48,456 nt of DNA from Nitrospinota bacterium (GCA_015229165.1 JADGCD010000001.1:1-48456); one strand, 5' to 3'; shown: positions 7,823 to 17,930, counted from the stretch's first letter. The notes: generated from the letters alone by a model not told the origin. Numbers and translations are program-made.

Positions 7823-10195
7823 CTATGACCGGGCCAGTCCGAAAATCTTCTTCTTGGGGGCGCCGACCTTTTTCCCCACCTGCCCCCGCTCCCCTTTGGG
7901 GAGTTCGGAGAACTTGAGGGTATCGTCCTTCCCCGCCTGATACATCAGGGTCACCTTGTCGTTCTTCGCCAGCAGCCGCGCCGCAAGTACCCGCTCGCCG
8001 TCATGAAGTTTGACCAGCCGCGCGCCCAGCCCCGGCCCGGAGAGTTGCGGTACCTGCTCCACATCGTACAGGAGCCCGTAGCCGTCGCTCGACAGGAGGA
8101 AAAGATTTCGCTTGGCCCCGATCAGCGTGACGGAATAGGCGGCGTCGTCCTCCCGCACGTTGGCGAGCTTGCGGCCGTTCCGGTTGGTGGCGCCCAGCGT
8201 CTCCACCGGGAAGCGGAATCCCATCCCCTGTTCGGAGACGAAAAGCAGCTCCCCTCTGCCGTCGAGGATTTCGCCGTAGATGCCGCCCACATCCTGATCT
8301 TTAAGCTGGTCGAAAAGCCCCCGCTGGGCCCGCAGGTTCGCCTCGTCGCTCTCTTTCCCTTTTTCGACCGGCGTCAAAAGTCCCATGACGGCGATGATCC
8401 GCTCCCCGTCGGAGAACTTGAAGGCGGCCTGCACCGGCTCGCCGAACCCGGTGGTCGGAGTCAAGTCGAGGGCGCGGCTCGAGTAGAACTTCCCGGCGGA
8501 GGTGAAGTAAAGCACCAGATCGCGGGTGTTCAGCGGGAGCCACGCCAGCAGCGAGTCCCCTTCCTTGAACCGGAGCGATTCGGGATTGCTCACCTGTTTC
8601 ATCCGGCGGACCCACCCCTGCCGCGAGACGATGACGTGGGTGTCTTCGTGCTGGATGAACTCCTCGGCGTCGTATTCCGGCACCACCTTCTCCGACGCCA
8701 CGATCTTCGAGCGGCGCTTGTCGCCATAGGTGGTCTTGATATCGATCAGCTCTTTGCGGACCAGGCGCCACATCAGCTTTTCGGAACCGAGCACCCGCTG
8801 AATCTCCTCCCGCTCGGCCTCTTTCTCCGCCTTTTCCTGACGGATCTTGTTGATCTCCAGCCCCACCAGCGCCGCCAGCCTAAGGTCGAGGATGGCGTTG
8901 GCCTGAATCTCGTCCAGCCCGAAATGGGCCATCAGCCCCTTGCGCGCCTCGTCCCGGGTTTTGGAGTGGCGGATGATCTTGATGGCGGTGTCCAGATCGT
9001 CGTAGATCTTCGCCAACGCTTCGAGGATGTGGAGCCGCTCCTTAATGAGTCGCAGGTCGTAGGTGAGGCGACGACCCACCACGTCGTAGCGAAAGTCGAG
9101 AAAGGCCCGGAGCATCTGCACCAAGTTGTGCCGCACCGGCGTCGCCTGCGCCGTCAGGGCGGTCAGGTTCACCGGGAAACTGTACTGAAGCTCCGTATGC
9201 TTGAAGAGATAGGCCATGAGCCGGGCCGGATCGACATTCTGCGACCGGGGCTCCAGCACGACCCGGATCTCCTCGGTCGACTCGTCGCGGACATCGACGA
9301 GATCGGGCATCTTCTTGTTGATGATCAGCTCGGCGATCTTTTCGATCAGCTTGCTCTTGTTGACCGTGTAGGGGATGGAGGTGACGACGATCTGCCATTT
9401 CCCCCGCTCCAGTTCCTCCCTGCTCCACTCGGCCTGGACCTTGACCGCGCCGCGACCGGTCTCGTAAATCTCGCGGATTTCCCGCTTGGTGGCCACGATC
9501 TCGGCCCCGGTGGGAAAGTCGGGCCCCTTGATGTGGCGCATCACGCCGGTCAGGTCGATGGTCGGCTCTTCGATCATCGCCACCAGCGCGTCAATCACTT
9601 CGTTCAGGTTGTGGGGGGGGATGTTGGTGGCGAGCCCGACGGCGATGCCGGAGGAGCCGTTGACCAGAAGGTTCGGGAACCGGGCCGGAAGGAGTTTTGG
9701 CTCCTTGTTCTGCTGGTCGTAGGTGTCGGTGAAGTCGACCGTCTCCTGCTTGAGCTCCGTCAGCAATTCGCCCGCCAGCGCCGTCAGCCGGGCCTCGGTG
9801 TACCGCATGGCCGCCGCCGAATCGCCGTCGATGTTGCCGAAGTTCCCCTGCCCGTCCACCAGCGGATAGCGCAGGGAAAAATCCTGCGCCAGACGGACCA
9901 TCGTCTCGTAGATCGCCGTATCGCCGTGGGGATGGTATTTACCGATGACGTCACCGACCACGGTGGCCGATTTCCGATAGCGGGCCTCGTGTCCCAGACG
10001 GAGCTGATGCATGGCGAAGAGGACCCGACGGTGGACTGGCTTCAGGCCGTCCCGCACGTCGGGCAAGGCGCGGGAAACGATGGTCGACAGGGCATAGGAG
10101 AGGAACCGGTTCTCCAACTCGTACTGGATATCGGTAGGGACGATCTCCCCACCGGGGCCGTCGTCGGTGTCGCTTCCTCGTCTCTTTCGTGCCAT
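7823..10195 (-). CDS. parC: Type IIA DNA topoisomerase A subunit, ParC-like (topoisomerase IV subunit A)
   Basis: Contains [23 protein letters not shown] and [10 protein letters not shown]. The C-terminal domain reads [11 protein letters not shown]...FKEGDS...GFGEP, like E. coli ParC (SQMGWVRSAK...YKAGDS...GQGEP), and has no GyrA box (QRRGGKG). Start taken at ATG 10195 (MARKRRGS), not 10297. Confidence 0.75.
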   Translation of the reverse strand: MARKRRGSDTDDGPGGEIVPTDIQYELENRFLSYALSTIVSRALPDVRDGLKPVHRRVLFAMHQLRLGHEARYRKSATVVGDVIGKYHPHGDTAIYETMVRLAQDFSLRYPLVDGQGNFGNIDGDSAAAMRYTEARLTALAGELLTELKQETVDFTDTYDQQNKEPKLLPARFPNLLVNGSSGIAVGLATNIPPHNLNEVIDALVAMIEEPTIDLTGVMRHIKGPDFPTGAEIVATKREIREIYETGRGAVKVQAEWSREELERGKWQIVVTSIPYTVNKSKLIEKIAELIINKKMPDLVDVRDESTEEIRVVLEPRSQNVDPARLMAYLFKHTELQYSFPVNLTALTAQATPVRHNLVQMLRAFLDFRYDVVGRRLTYDLRLIKERLHILEALAKIYDDLDTAIKIIRHSKTRDEARKGLMAHFGLDEIQANAILDLRLAALVGLEINKIRQEKAEKEAEREEIQRVLGSEKLMWRLVRKELIDIKTTYGDKRRSKIVASEKVVPEYDAEEFIQHEDTHVIVSRQGWVRRMKQVSNPESLRFKEGDSLLAWLPLNTRDLVLYFTSAGKFYSSRALDLTPTTGFGEPVQAAFKFSDGERIIAVMGLLTPVEKGKESDEANLRAQRGLFDQLKDQDVGGIYGEILDGRGELLFVSEQGMGFRFPVETLGATNRNGRKLANVREDDAAYSVTLIGAKRNLFLLSSDGYGLLYDVEQVPQLSGPGLGARLVKLHDGERVLAARLLAKNDKVTLMYQAGKDDTLKFSELPKGERGQVGKKVGAPKKKIFGLARS

Positions 10196-10382
10196 CGTGT
10201 TGTGCCGGTCGTTGGGTCGTAAGTGGAGGCTCAATATATACAAGTCAATGGACAGAGGCAATAACGACCCTGCCGCTCTTTTCGGAAAAACGGACAAACG
10301 ATTGATTCCACGCCCTGCATGGGCGATTATCTACGGGGGATCGTATCCCCTTGTCCATCAACCTACGAGGCGCCACACCTGT

Positions 10383-10877
10383 ATGAGCGGCATTCGCATC
10401 GGTCACGGCTTCGATGTCCATCGCCTCGTTTCCGGAAGGAAGCTGATCCTCTGCGGCGTTCCGGTTCCCCACGAAACCGGTCTCGACGGCCACTCCGACG
10501 CCGACGTGGCGACCCACGCCCTGTGCGACGCCCTGCTAGGGGCGGCGGCCCTGGGCGACTTGGGGAAACATTTCCCCGACACCGACCCGGCCTATCGGGG
10601 GATTTCGTCCCTCAATCTTCTTTCGACGGTCAGCCAGCGGGTGCGGGACATGGGGTACGCCGTCACCAACATCGACGTCACCATCGCCGCCGAAGCGCCG
10701 AAGCTTGCGCCCCATATCGCCGCCATGCGGCAGAATCTCTCTTCCGCGCTCGGCGTGGACATCGAGCAGGTCTCCGTCAAAGCCACCACCACCGAAGGGC
10801 TCGGCTACACCGGTCGCCGGGAAGGGATCGCCGCTTGGGGGGTCGCCCTTATCGAGACGGTAGGGAGCGGCATCTGA
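10383..10877 (+). CDS. ispF: 2-C-methyl-D-erythritol 2,4-cyclodiphosphate synthase
   Basis: MSGIRIGHGFDVHRL...GHSDADV..HA..DA..GA motifs. 164 aa from the ATG at 10383. The upstream part of track ORF 10167 is non-homologous. Confidence 0.92.
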   Translation: MSGIRIGHGFDVHRLVSGRKLILCGVPVPHETGLDGHSDADVATHALCDALLGAAALGDLGKHFPDTDPAYRGISSLNLLSTVSQRVRDMGYAVTNIDVTIAAEAPKLAPHIAAMRQNLSSALGVDIEQVSVKATTTEGLGYTGRREGIAAWGVALIETVGSGI

Positions 10878-10881
10878 CCCC

Positions 10882-12243
10882 ATGTCAGTTCGCGTTCGTT
10901 TCGCCCCCTCCCCCACCGGCGCCATGCATGTGGGGAACCTTCGCACCGCCCTCTTCAACCGGCTCTTCGCCCTCCGCCACGGCGGAACCCTGATCCTGCG
11001 GATCGAAGACACCGATCGGGCGCGCCACGACCCGCTGGCCGAGCGGACGATTCTCGACGCCCTCACCCGACTCGGCATCGGCTGGGACGAAGGCCCCTAC
11101 CGGCAGAGCGAGCGGCTCGACCTCTACCGGGACGCCGTCGAAAGGCTGGCCGCCGACGGGAAGGTCTACCGCTGCTTCTGCACAGAAGGGGAATTGGAGT
11201 CCGACCGGGCCGCCGCCGTCGCCGCAGGCAAGCCCCCCCGCTATTCCGGTCGTTGCCGCACGACGCCCCCCTCCAACGTCGGCGACGCCCCCTTCGTGTG
11301 GCGGTTCATGACCGGCGACCGTCCCGTCAGCTTTGACGACGGGGTGCGGGGAAACGTGACCTTCTCCTCCGCCGACTTCGGCGACTTCCCGGTGGCCCGC
11401 TCCGACGGTTCGCCACTTTTTCTGTTCGCTTCGGCGGTGGACGACGCCGAGATGCGCATCACCGACGTCATCCGGGGGGAGGACCACCTCTCCAACACCC
11501 CTCGCCAGCTCATGCTGTTCGAGGCGCTGGGCGTACCGGCGCCCCGTTACCATCACCTGCCGATCATCGTCGACGACGAGGGGAAAAAACTTTCGAAACG
11601 GAAGGGCGCCATCGACCCGGCGGCCTTGCTGGACGAAGGATTCCTGCCGGAGTCGATCGTCACTGGCGTGGCGTTGCTCGGCTGGGCCGGGATCGACGGG
11701 AAAGAGGCGCTGAACATCGAAGAGATGGCTACCCGGTTCGACATCGGCGCCGTCTCCCGCTCCCCCTCCCGCTACGACTTCCCCCGGATCGATCATCTGA
11801 ACGTCACCTTGCTGAAGGAGACCGGCGGCGCGTCGCTCGTCCCGCTGTTTGCGGCGCATGGTCTGACCTTCGGTGGCATCGACCCGGTGACGGTGGCCCG
11901 TCTGGTGGCAGGGACCGTCAAGCGGACCGACGAGGCGATTCCCTTCGCGCTACAGTTCGCCCGTCCGCTCCCCCCCGACGACGAGGCGGCGGCGTTGCTT
12001 GCGGATCCGGCGGCGCGGGGGGTCGTCGAAGCGGCGCTGGATGCGGTCGGCGGCGGTTACGACGCTGTGATAGAATCATCCCGCTCGAAGACCGGCGCAA
12101 AAGGGAAAGCCCTTTTTGCGCCTCTCCGGGCGGCCCTGACCGGTCGTTTGACCGGCCCCAACCTCAAAGATCTGTTCGACACGCTCGGATCGGCCGCGCT
12201 GGCTGAACGGCTCTCTCTCACGGTGAACCGATGGCGCTCGTAG
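10882..12243 (+). CDS. gltX: Glutamate--tRNA ligase
   Basis: Opens with RFAPSPTGAMHVGNLRTALFN (HIGH region), followed by RIEDTD and KLSKRK (KMSKS). Confidence 0.92.
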   Translation: MSVRVRFAPSPTGAMHVGNLRTALFNRLFALRHGGTLILRIEDTDRARHDPLAERTILDALTRLGIGWDEGPYRQSERLDLYRDAVERLAADGKVYRCFCTEGELESDRAAAVAAGKPPRYSGRCRTTPPSNVGDAPFVWRFMTGDRPVSFDDGVRGNVTFSSADFGDFPVARSDGSPLFLFASAVDDAEMRITDVIRGEDHLSNTPRQLMLFEALGVPAPRYHHLPIIVDDEGKKLSKRKGAIDPAALLDEGFLPESIVTGVALLGWAGIDGKEALNIEEMATRFDIGAVSRSPSRYDFPRIDHLNVTLLKETGGASLVPLFAAHGLTFGGIDPVTVARLVAGTVKRTDEAIPFALQFARPLPPDDEAAALLADPAARGVVEAALDAVGGGYDAVIESSRSKTGAKGKALFAPLRAALTGRLTGPNLKDLFDTLGSAALAERLSLTVNRWRS

Positions 12244-13679
12244 TTTTCAATACCCTGACCCAGAAAAAAGAACCGTTCGTTCCGCTTAATCCCCCCAAGG
12301 TGGGGATGTATGTCTGCGGCGTCACCGTCTACGACCTCTGCCACATCGGGCACGCCCGGGCTGGGGTGGTTTTCGACGTGATCTCCCGCTACCTGCGGTT
12401 CTCCGGTTACGACGTCACCTATGTCCGCAACATCACCGACATTGACGACAAGATCATCCAGCGGGCCAACGAACGGGGCGTGTCGTGGGACGGTCTGGCC
12501 GCCACCTTCACCGACGCCCTGCACGACGACATGGGAAAGCTCGGCATGGCCGACCCGGACATCGAGCCGAAGGCGACCGACCATATCGTCGAGATGCTGG
12601 CGATGATCGGAACCCTGGTCGAAAAGGGACACGCCTACGAGAGCGGCGGATCGGTCTGGTTCGCCGTGAAGAGCTTCGCCCCCTACGGGGTCCTCTCCAA
12701 GCGGGAGCTGGACGACCTGATGGCGGGCGCCCGTGTCGATGTCAACGAGGCCAAGCACGACCCGCTCGACTTCGTCCTCTGGAAGGGAAGCAAGCCGGGC
12801 GAACCGTCGTGGGAATCCCCCTGGGGGCCGGGGCGACCCGGCTGGCACATCGAATGCTCCGCCATGGGGAAGAAGTATCTGGGCGAGATCTTCGATATCC
12901 ACGGCGGCGGCAAGGATCTGGTCTTCCCCCACCACGAGAACGAGATCGCCCAGTCCCACGCCTGCTCCGGCGTGGCTCCGGTCCGCTACTGGCTCCACAA
13001 CGGCTTCGTGACCGTCAACGAAGAGAAAATGAGCAAGTCGCTGGGGAACTTCTTCACCATCCGCGACCTGATGGCCAACCACGACCCGGAGGCGCTGCGC
13101 TTCTTTCTGCTGGGCGCCCATTACCGGAGCCCGATGGATTTCGCCGACCGGTATCTGGTCGAGTCGTACAAGAGCGTGGCCCGGTTCTACGACCTCTTCG
13201 CCGCCATCGACACTATGGATGAGTCTTCGGCGGGGGACGACGCAGGGATGGTGGACGCCTTCACCCGGGCCATGGACGACGATTTCAACACCGCCACCGC
13301 CGTGGCCCTGCTCAACGGCGAGCTGCGCCGCCTCAACACGCTCCGGTTCGACCTGCCGAAGATGAAGAAGAAGCCGGACCAATACCGGATGGGGCTGGAG
13401 AGCCTGTTGGCGGGGACCGCCACGGTGCGCCGTCTCGGCGGCGTGCTGGGGCTGTTCACACGCAAGGCCGCCGATTTCGTGGCCGAAGCCAAAGCGAAGA
13501 AGCTGGTCGAGGCGGGTCTTTCCGCAGACGAGCTGGACGGTATGCTGGTCGCCCGGACCGCCGCCAGGGGGCGGAAAGATTTCACCACCTCCGACCGGAT
13601 CCGGGACGAACTGGCCGCCAAGGGGATTCTTCTCCAGGACGGCCCCGCCGGGACCGACTGGTCGGTTTCGTTCGAGTAA
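12231..13679 (+). CDS. cysS: Cysteine--tRNA ligase
   Basis: MYVCGVTVYDLCHIGHAR, GWHIECS and KMSKSLGN. It overlaps the gltX end by 13 nt. Confidence 0.93.
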   Translation: MALVVFNTLTQKKEPFVPLNPPKVGMYVCGVTVYDLCHIGHARAGVVFDVISRYLRFSGYDVTYVRNITDIDDKIIQRANERGVSWDGLAATFTDALHDDMGKLGMADPDIEPKATDHIVEMLAMIGTLVEKGHAYESGGSVWFAVKSFAPYGVLSKRELDDLMAGARVDVNEAKHDPLDFVLWKGSKPGEPSWESPWGPGRPGWHIECSAMGKKYLGEIFDIHGGGKDLVFPHHENEIAQSHACSGVAPVRYWLHNGFVTVNEEKMSKSLGNFFTIRDLMANHDPEALRFFLLGAHYRSPMDFADRYLVESYKSVARFYDLFAAIDTMDESSAGDDAGMVDAFTRAMDDDFNTATAVALLNGELRRLNTLRFDLPKMKKKPDQYRMGLESLLAGTATVRRLGGVLGLFTRKAADFVAEAKAKKLVEAGLSADELDGMLVARTAARGRKDFTTSDRIRDELAAKGILLQDGPAGTDWSVSFE

Positions 13680-13804
13680 GGGGGCGCCATGAGTCAGGAC
13701 AAACGCCGCAAGCCGTTCCGGGGCGCCAAGAAAAAGCCGGGAGCCGCCATGCGGGCCGCCATCGAAAAATCGACCCTCCCCATCAAGGGGATCCCCGGCG
13801 CCCA

Positions 13805-13814
13805 GGGGGGGGGG
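13805..13814. repeat. G10 homopolymer at the frame break of rlmB
   Basis: Read directly: ccca GGGGGGGGGG agc. Frame-0 ORF 13689-14033 and frame-2 ORF 13841-14545 meet here. Confidence 0.95.
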
Positions 13815-13840
13815 AGCTTCTCTACGGGGTCAACCCGATC

Positions 13841-14545
13841 ATGGAGGCGCTCAAGGCGGGCCGCCGGAAGTTCTTCCGGATCGTGGTCAAGGAAGGGCCG
13901 ATCAAGAGCCCCCAGATCAAGGAAGTCTTGGAAGAGGCGCTGCGCCGCCATGTGCCGCTGGTGGAAGGGTCGATGGAGGAGATCGCCCAGACCGTCGGCG
14001 CCGAGGGGCATCAGGGGATCGTGGCGCTGGTGACCTCCCTTCCCTACACCCGGTTCGACACGCTGGAGGAGCGGCTGGAAAAGCTCGACGACCCCTTCGT
14101 GGTCCTGCTCGACGGTGTCACCGATCCGCGCAACTTCGGCGCCGTCATCCGCTCGGCGGAGGCGATGGGCGCCGAAGCGGTCATCTTCCCCGCCCACCGG
14201 GCCGCCTCCTACACCCCCACGGCGGCCAAGACCAGCGCCGGGGCGGGCGAACGGATGACGCTTGTGCAGGTTCCCAACATCGCAGAGGCGGTCCGAAAGC
14301 TCCGGGAGGAATCGGGGTTCTACGCGGTCGCCTTCGAGGGAGACGCGGGAGAGAGCGTCACCCGGCTGCCGTCGGGGAAGCTTGCCATCGTGATGGGGGA
14401 CGAAGGGACCGGCGTCCGCCCCCTGACCCGCAAGCGGTGCGACGCTCTGGTTTCCATACCGATGAAAGGGACCGTCGGGTCGCTCAACATCGCCTCCGCC
14501 GCCTCCATCGCCTGTTTTCTCGCCTCTACCCGGTCGAAAGGGTGA
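13841..14545 (+). CDS. rlmB: 23S rRNA (guanosine-2'-O)-methyltransferase RlmB / SpoU-TrmH family. This is the largest intact ORF, and the true gene probably starts at 13689 with a frame shift at 13805-13814
   Basis: Contains LLDGVTDPRNFGAVIRSAEAMG, IVMGDEGTGVR and IPM.GTVGSLNIASAASI. The conserved N-terminal LYGVNPIMEALKAG motif begins upstream of the first in-frame start codon. Confidence 0.85.
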   Translation: MEALKAGRRKFFRIVVKEGPIKSPQIKEVLEEALRRHVPLVEGSMEEIAQTVGAEGHQGIVALVTSLPYTRFDTLEERLEKLDDPFVVLLDGVTDPRNFGAVIRSAEAMGAEAVIFPAHRAASYTPTAAKTSAGAGERMTLVQVPNIAEAVRKLREESGFYAVAFEGDAGESVTRLPSGKLAIVMGDEGTGVRPLTRKRCDALVSIPMKGTVGSLNIASAASIACFLASTRSKG

Positions 14546-14568
14546 CCGGGCCCACCGTCCGGTTGGCG

Positions 14569-14574
14569 TATAAT
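14569..14574 (+). promoter_or_regulatory. Perfect TATAAT box 8 nt upstream of the ATG at 14583 (possible leaderless transcript)
   Basis: gcgTATAATaagacgttATG. There is no Shine-Dalgarno sequence between the box and the start, and I see no convincing -35. Confidence 0.3.
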
Positions 14575-14582
14575 AAGACGTT

Positions 14583-14900
14583 ATGAAGGTAAGGCCCATC
14601 ATCGTCGCCCTGTGGCTTGTCGCCGCTTCAGCGACCGGGTGTGACGTCCACGGCGCCACGGAGAGCCCGCCTGCCGAGGCCGGGTTCTGCGGCGGCTCCA
14701 CCGACGACGCCTGCGCCACGGATGACGATTGCCTGGCCGCCGGATGCTCCGGCCAACTGTGCCAGTCGGCGGCGCGGGAACAGCCCGCCACGACGTGTGA
14801 ATGGAAAGAGTGTTACGACGCCTCCCGCTACGGGCTGTCCTGCGGCTGCGACGCCGGGGCCTGCCGGTGGCACGGAGACGGGGAAGGAACCGCGCCATGA
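14583..14900 (+). CDS. Small secreted Cys-rich lipoprotein (eight-cysteine-cluster-like)
   Basis: Signal peptide with lipobox (LVAASATGC). The mature part carries 10 Cys in the pattern FCGG...[18 protein letters not shown]...TTCEWKECY...CGC..GACRW. Its stop overlaps the nadA ATG as ATGA (14897-14900). Confidence 0.65.
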   Translation: MKVRPIIVALWLVAASATGCDVHGATESPPAEAGFCGGSTDDACATDDDCLAAGCSGQLCQSAAREQPATTCEWKECYDASRYGLSCGCDAGACRWHGDGEGTAP

Positions 14901-15832
14901 GCAGTATCGTGTCAGACGAAATCGCCGAATATCAGGGCAAAATCCGCTCGTTGCTGAAGGAACGCAACGCCATCCTGCTGGCACACAACTACCAGCGGGA
15001 CGAGATTCAGGAGGTCGCCGACATCGCCGGCGACTCGCTGGAGCTCTCCCGCAAGGCGGCCGAAACCGACGCCGACGTTATCGTTTTCTGCGGGGTTCAT
15101 TTCATGGCCGAGTCGGCGGCGATCCTCTCGCCGCAGAAGACCGTCCTCCTCCCCCGGATGGAGGCAGGATGCCCCATGGCCGACATGATCACCCCCGAGA
15201 AGCTGCGGCGAAAGCGGGAAGAACTGGGGCCCGACGTTCCGGTGGTCACCTACGTCAACTCTTCGGCGGCGGTGAAGGCCGAGTCGGACATCTGCTGCAC
15301 CTCTGCCAACGCAGTGGCGGTGGTCGAGTCCCTTTCCGCCGACCGGGTCTTCATGACCCCCGACCAGAACCTGGCCAAGTATGTGGCCCGGTTCACGAAA
15401 AAGCGGGTCGACTACTGGAAAGGCTTCTGCCCCACCCATCACCTGCTGAAACCGTCGCAGGTTCTGGCCGCCCGGGCGGCGCTGCCCGACGCAAAGGTGG
15501 TGGCCCATCCCGAATGCCCGCCGGAGATCATCGACATGGCCGACCATGTCACCTCCACCTCCGGCATGTACCGCTACGCCACGGAGTCGGGGGCGAAGCG
15601 GTTCATCATCGCCACCGAGAGCGGCATCATGTACCGGCTGCGGAAGGAGAACCCCGACAAGGAGTTCCTCCACGTCTCCGCCGACATGATCTGCCCCAAC
15701 ATGAAAGTCACCTCCATCGAGGATGTCTACGACGCCCTGCTGGAGATGAAGGAAGTGATCACCGTCCCGGAGGACATCCGGGTGCGGGCGAAAGTAACGC
15801 TGGAGCGGATGCTCGCCATTCCGAGAGGTTGA
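14897..15832 (+). CDS. nadA: Quinolinate synthase
   Basis: [33 protein letters not shown]...[10 protein letters not shown]...CPNMK matches type-II NadA. 311 aa from the ATG at 14897. Confidence 0.92.
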   Translation: MSSIVSDEIAEYQGKIRSLLKERNAILLAHNYQRDEIQEVADIAGDSLELSRKAAETDADVIVFCGVHFMAESAAILSPQKTVLLPRMEAGCPMADMITPEKLRRKREELGPDVPVVTYVNSSAAVKAESDICCTSANAVAVVESLSADRVFMTPDQNLAKYVARFTKKRVDYWKGFCPTHHLLKPSQVLAARAALPDAKVVAHPECPPEIIDMADHVTSTSGMYRYATESGAKRFIIATESGIMYRLRKENPDKEFLHVSADMICPNMKVTSIEDVYDALLEMKEVITVPEDIRVRAKVTLERMLAIPRG

Positions 15833-15840
15833 CGTTTTCC

Positions 15841-16536
15841 ATGAGCCGAACCGTCATCAGGTTCACGCCGTCCGAACGGTGGTTCCACAACTCCGTCATG
15901 TTCACGTTCGTACTTCTGCTGGTCACCGGTCTGGCCATGGCCTATTTCAACCTGAAGGGGGGGGACCGGGAAGCGCACAACTTCCTGACCGACATTCACG
16001 AGATCGCAGGGGTCCTCTTCATCGCCGTGCCGCTCATCCTCTTTCTGACGGCGCGCAAGGGGGTGTGGGGGGAGAACTGGTCGGTGATCCGCCACTTCAA
16101 CCGGACCGACATCAAGTGGCTCGTAAAAAAGCCGATCAGCAGCTTCAAGCGGGGGATCGACCTCCCCGAAGAGGACAAGTTCAACCCCGGCCAGAAGGTC
16201 TGGATCTATGTCGCCCTCGGCGGCTCGTTCGTCCTCGCCTCCACCGGGGTCTACATCTGGATCAACCACTCGGCCATTCTGGCCCTCTTCATGCACACCG
16301 CCACCGCCCTTTTCATGACGCCAGCGCTGTTGGGACACATGTTCATGGCGCTGGTCAACCCCGAAACCCGCGCCGGCGTCACCGCCATCATCGACGGGGA
16401 GGTCGACGCCGAGTGGGCCATGGAGCATCACCCCCTCTGGATGGAGCGGCACGCCAGGGAGCGGGTGGCGACTTTGGCCCGTCAGAACCGGGCGTTGGGG
16501 GATGAAGACGATCCCCCTACGCAAAGGGATCTCTGA
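15841..16536 (+). CDS. FdnI-like b-type cytochrome (formate dehydrogenase gamma / Ni-Fe hydrogenase cytochrome b family)
   Basis: Four TM helices with conserved His residues (WFHNSVM, DIHEIAG, FMHTAT, LLGHMFMA), plus KFNPGQK and GEVDAEWAMEHHPLW, as in E. coli FdnI. This is the C-terminal third of the composite track ORF 14617-16536. Confidence 0.8.
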   Translation: MSRTVIRFTPSERWFHNSVMFTFVLLLVTGLAMAYFNLKGGDREAHNFLTDIHEIAGVLFIAVPLILFLTARKGVWGENWSVIRHFNRTDIKWLVKKPISSFKRGIDLPEEDKFNPGQKVWIYVALGGSFVLASTGVYIWINHSAILALFMHTATALFMTPALLGHMFMALVNPETRAGVTAIIDGEVDAEWAMEHHPLWMERHARERVATLARQNRALGDEDDPPTQRDL

Positions 16537-16646
16537 TCCTCCGCCCGGGGGCTTAACGACCGTCCCGCTTCATTGCGCAGGGGGTGAAAAGAACATCCCC
16601 CCCGGGAATACCGCAGGGGGGACGGCCACCCGTCGTCATCGGCGGG

Positions 16647-17930
16647 TCAGATGATGGTCCCCGGCGGAATGTGGGCGTTCTTGGGGATGATGACGATCCC
16701 CTCCCGGATGTAGTAGTTCTCTCCGTCTTCGGAATCGACGTTCTTGGCGTTGACGATCTTGGCCCCGTCGCCGATGGAGACGTTCTTGTCGATGATGGCC
16801 CGTTTGATCATCACCCCCGCGCCGATGCCATGCTCCGACCGGTGGTCCCCCGGCGGACGCTCGTAAAAGTCGGCGCCCATGACGATGCTTTCGTCGATGT
16901 TGGCCCCTTTGCCGATGCGGGAACGGATGCCGATGACCGACCGGTTGATCGATGTCCCCTGGCAGATGACGCAGCCGTCGGATATGACCGACTCGGTCAC
17001 ATGCGCCCCGCCGAAGCGGGAAGCCATCAGGAACCGCTGGTTGGTGAAGATCTTTTCCGCGTCGGTTCCGTAGAAGTCAAAAGGCGGGTTGGCCGCGCCG
17101 AGGGCGAGATTGGCCTCGAAGAACGACTTGATGGTTCCGATGTCTTCCCAGTAGTCGTTGAAGAGGTGCGACTGGGTTTTATACTTGGTGAGGGCGTCCG
17201 GGATCACGTCCTTGCCGAAGTCGACCTTTCCCTGCTCCTTCAGGATTTCGATGAGCGCCTTCGTCTCGAAAACGTAAATACCCATTGAGGCGAGCCATTC
17301 CTTGCCGGTGCCCGCAACCCCCTGCCCGGCGGCCCACTCTTTTGTAATGCGCAACGATTCGACCACGGCGTCCGTCTTCGGCTTCTCGACGAACTCGGTG
17401 ATCGCCCCGCTCTGGTCGATCCGCATGATGCCGAACCCTTCCACGTCCTTTCGCTCCACCGGCAGGACGCCGATGGTGATGGCGGCTTTGTTCGCCTCGT
17501 GGGTCTGAAGCATGTCGTTGTAGTTCATCTTGTAGAGCTGGTCGCCCGACAGGATGACCACCCGCTTGTAGCGGGCGATGTTCGCCCACGACATGCATTT
17601 GCGGATGGCGTCGGCGGTTCCCTGGAACCAGTCGTCCTGCTCGCCGGTCTGCTGCGTCGCCGCCAGCACCGAGACGAACCCTTTGCTGAACACGTCCATG
17701 ACGTACGCCTGGGCGATATGCTGGTTCAGCGACGCGCTCATGTACTGCGTCACCACGTAGACGTGCCGCAGGCCGGAGTTGATGCAGTTGCTGATCGGCA
17801 CGTCGATGAGGCGGTACTTCCCCCCCAGCGGAACCGCCGGTTTGCAGCGTTCTTCGGTCAGGGGGAACAGACGGGAGCCTTTGCCGCCGCCGAGGATGAT
17901 GGCCAGCGTATCGGGATGGGGCGTACTCAT
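16647..17930 (-). CDS. glgC: Glucose-1-phosphate adenylyltransferase
   Basis: LAIILGGGKGSRLFPLTEERCKPAVPLGGKYRLIDVPISNCINSG and a C-terminal left-handed beta-helix region. Start ATG at 17930 (MSTPHPD). Confidence 0.9.
   Translation of the reverse strand: MSTPHPDTLAIILGGGKGSRLFPLTEERCKPAVPLGGKYRLIDVPISNCINSGLRHVYVVTQYMSASLNQHIAQAYVMDVFSKGFVSVLAATQQTGEQDDWFQGTADAIRKCMSWANIARYKRVVILSGDQLYKMNYNDMLQTHEANKAAITIGVLPVERKDVEGFGIMRIDQSGAITEFVEKPKTDAVVESLRITKEWAAGQGVAGTGKEWLASMGIYVFETKALIEILKEQGKVDFGKDVIPDALTKYKTQSHLFNDYWEDIGTIKSFFEANLALGAANPPFDFYGTDAEKIFTNQRFLMASRFGGAHVTESVISDGCVICQGTSINRSVIGIRSRIGKGANIDESIVMGADFYERPPGDHRSEHGIGAGVMIKRAIIDKNVSIGDGAKIVNAKNVDSEDGENYYIREGIVIIPKNAHIPPGTII

Noticed and set aside
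8003-10222. 739-aa ORF on the plus strand
   Set aside because: It is exactly antisense to the strongly conserved parC-like gene. Its product is Arg/Gly/Pro/Leu/Val-rich low complexity with no recognisable motif. Long stop-free antisense frames are expected in GC-rich coding DNA.
12843-12858. TGGCAC-N5-ATGCT, a sigma-54 promoter-like string
   Set aside because: It lies inside cysS, where it encodes the conserved GWHIECS motif. The -12 element is ATGC rather than TTGC, and no gene lies downstream to serve. No convincing sigma-54 promoter was found elsewhere despite the presence of rpoN and an activator.
12057-13382. 441-aa minus-strand ORF
   Set aside because: Antisense to cysS, with no motifs and low-complexity composition.
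14617-16536. 639-aa plus-strand ORF spanning the lipoprotein, nadA and cytochrome b region
   Set aside because: Only the last 231 codons (from ATG 15841) look like a real protein, the FdnI-like cytochrome b. The upstream 400 codons are an out-of-frame read-through of the lipoprotein gene and nadA, with Arg/Pro/Gly-rich composition.
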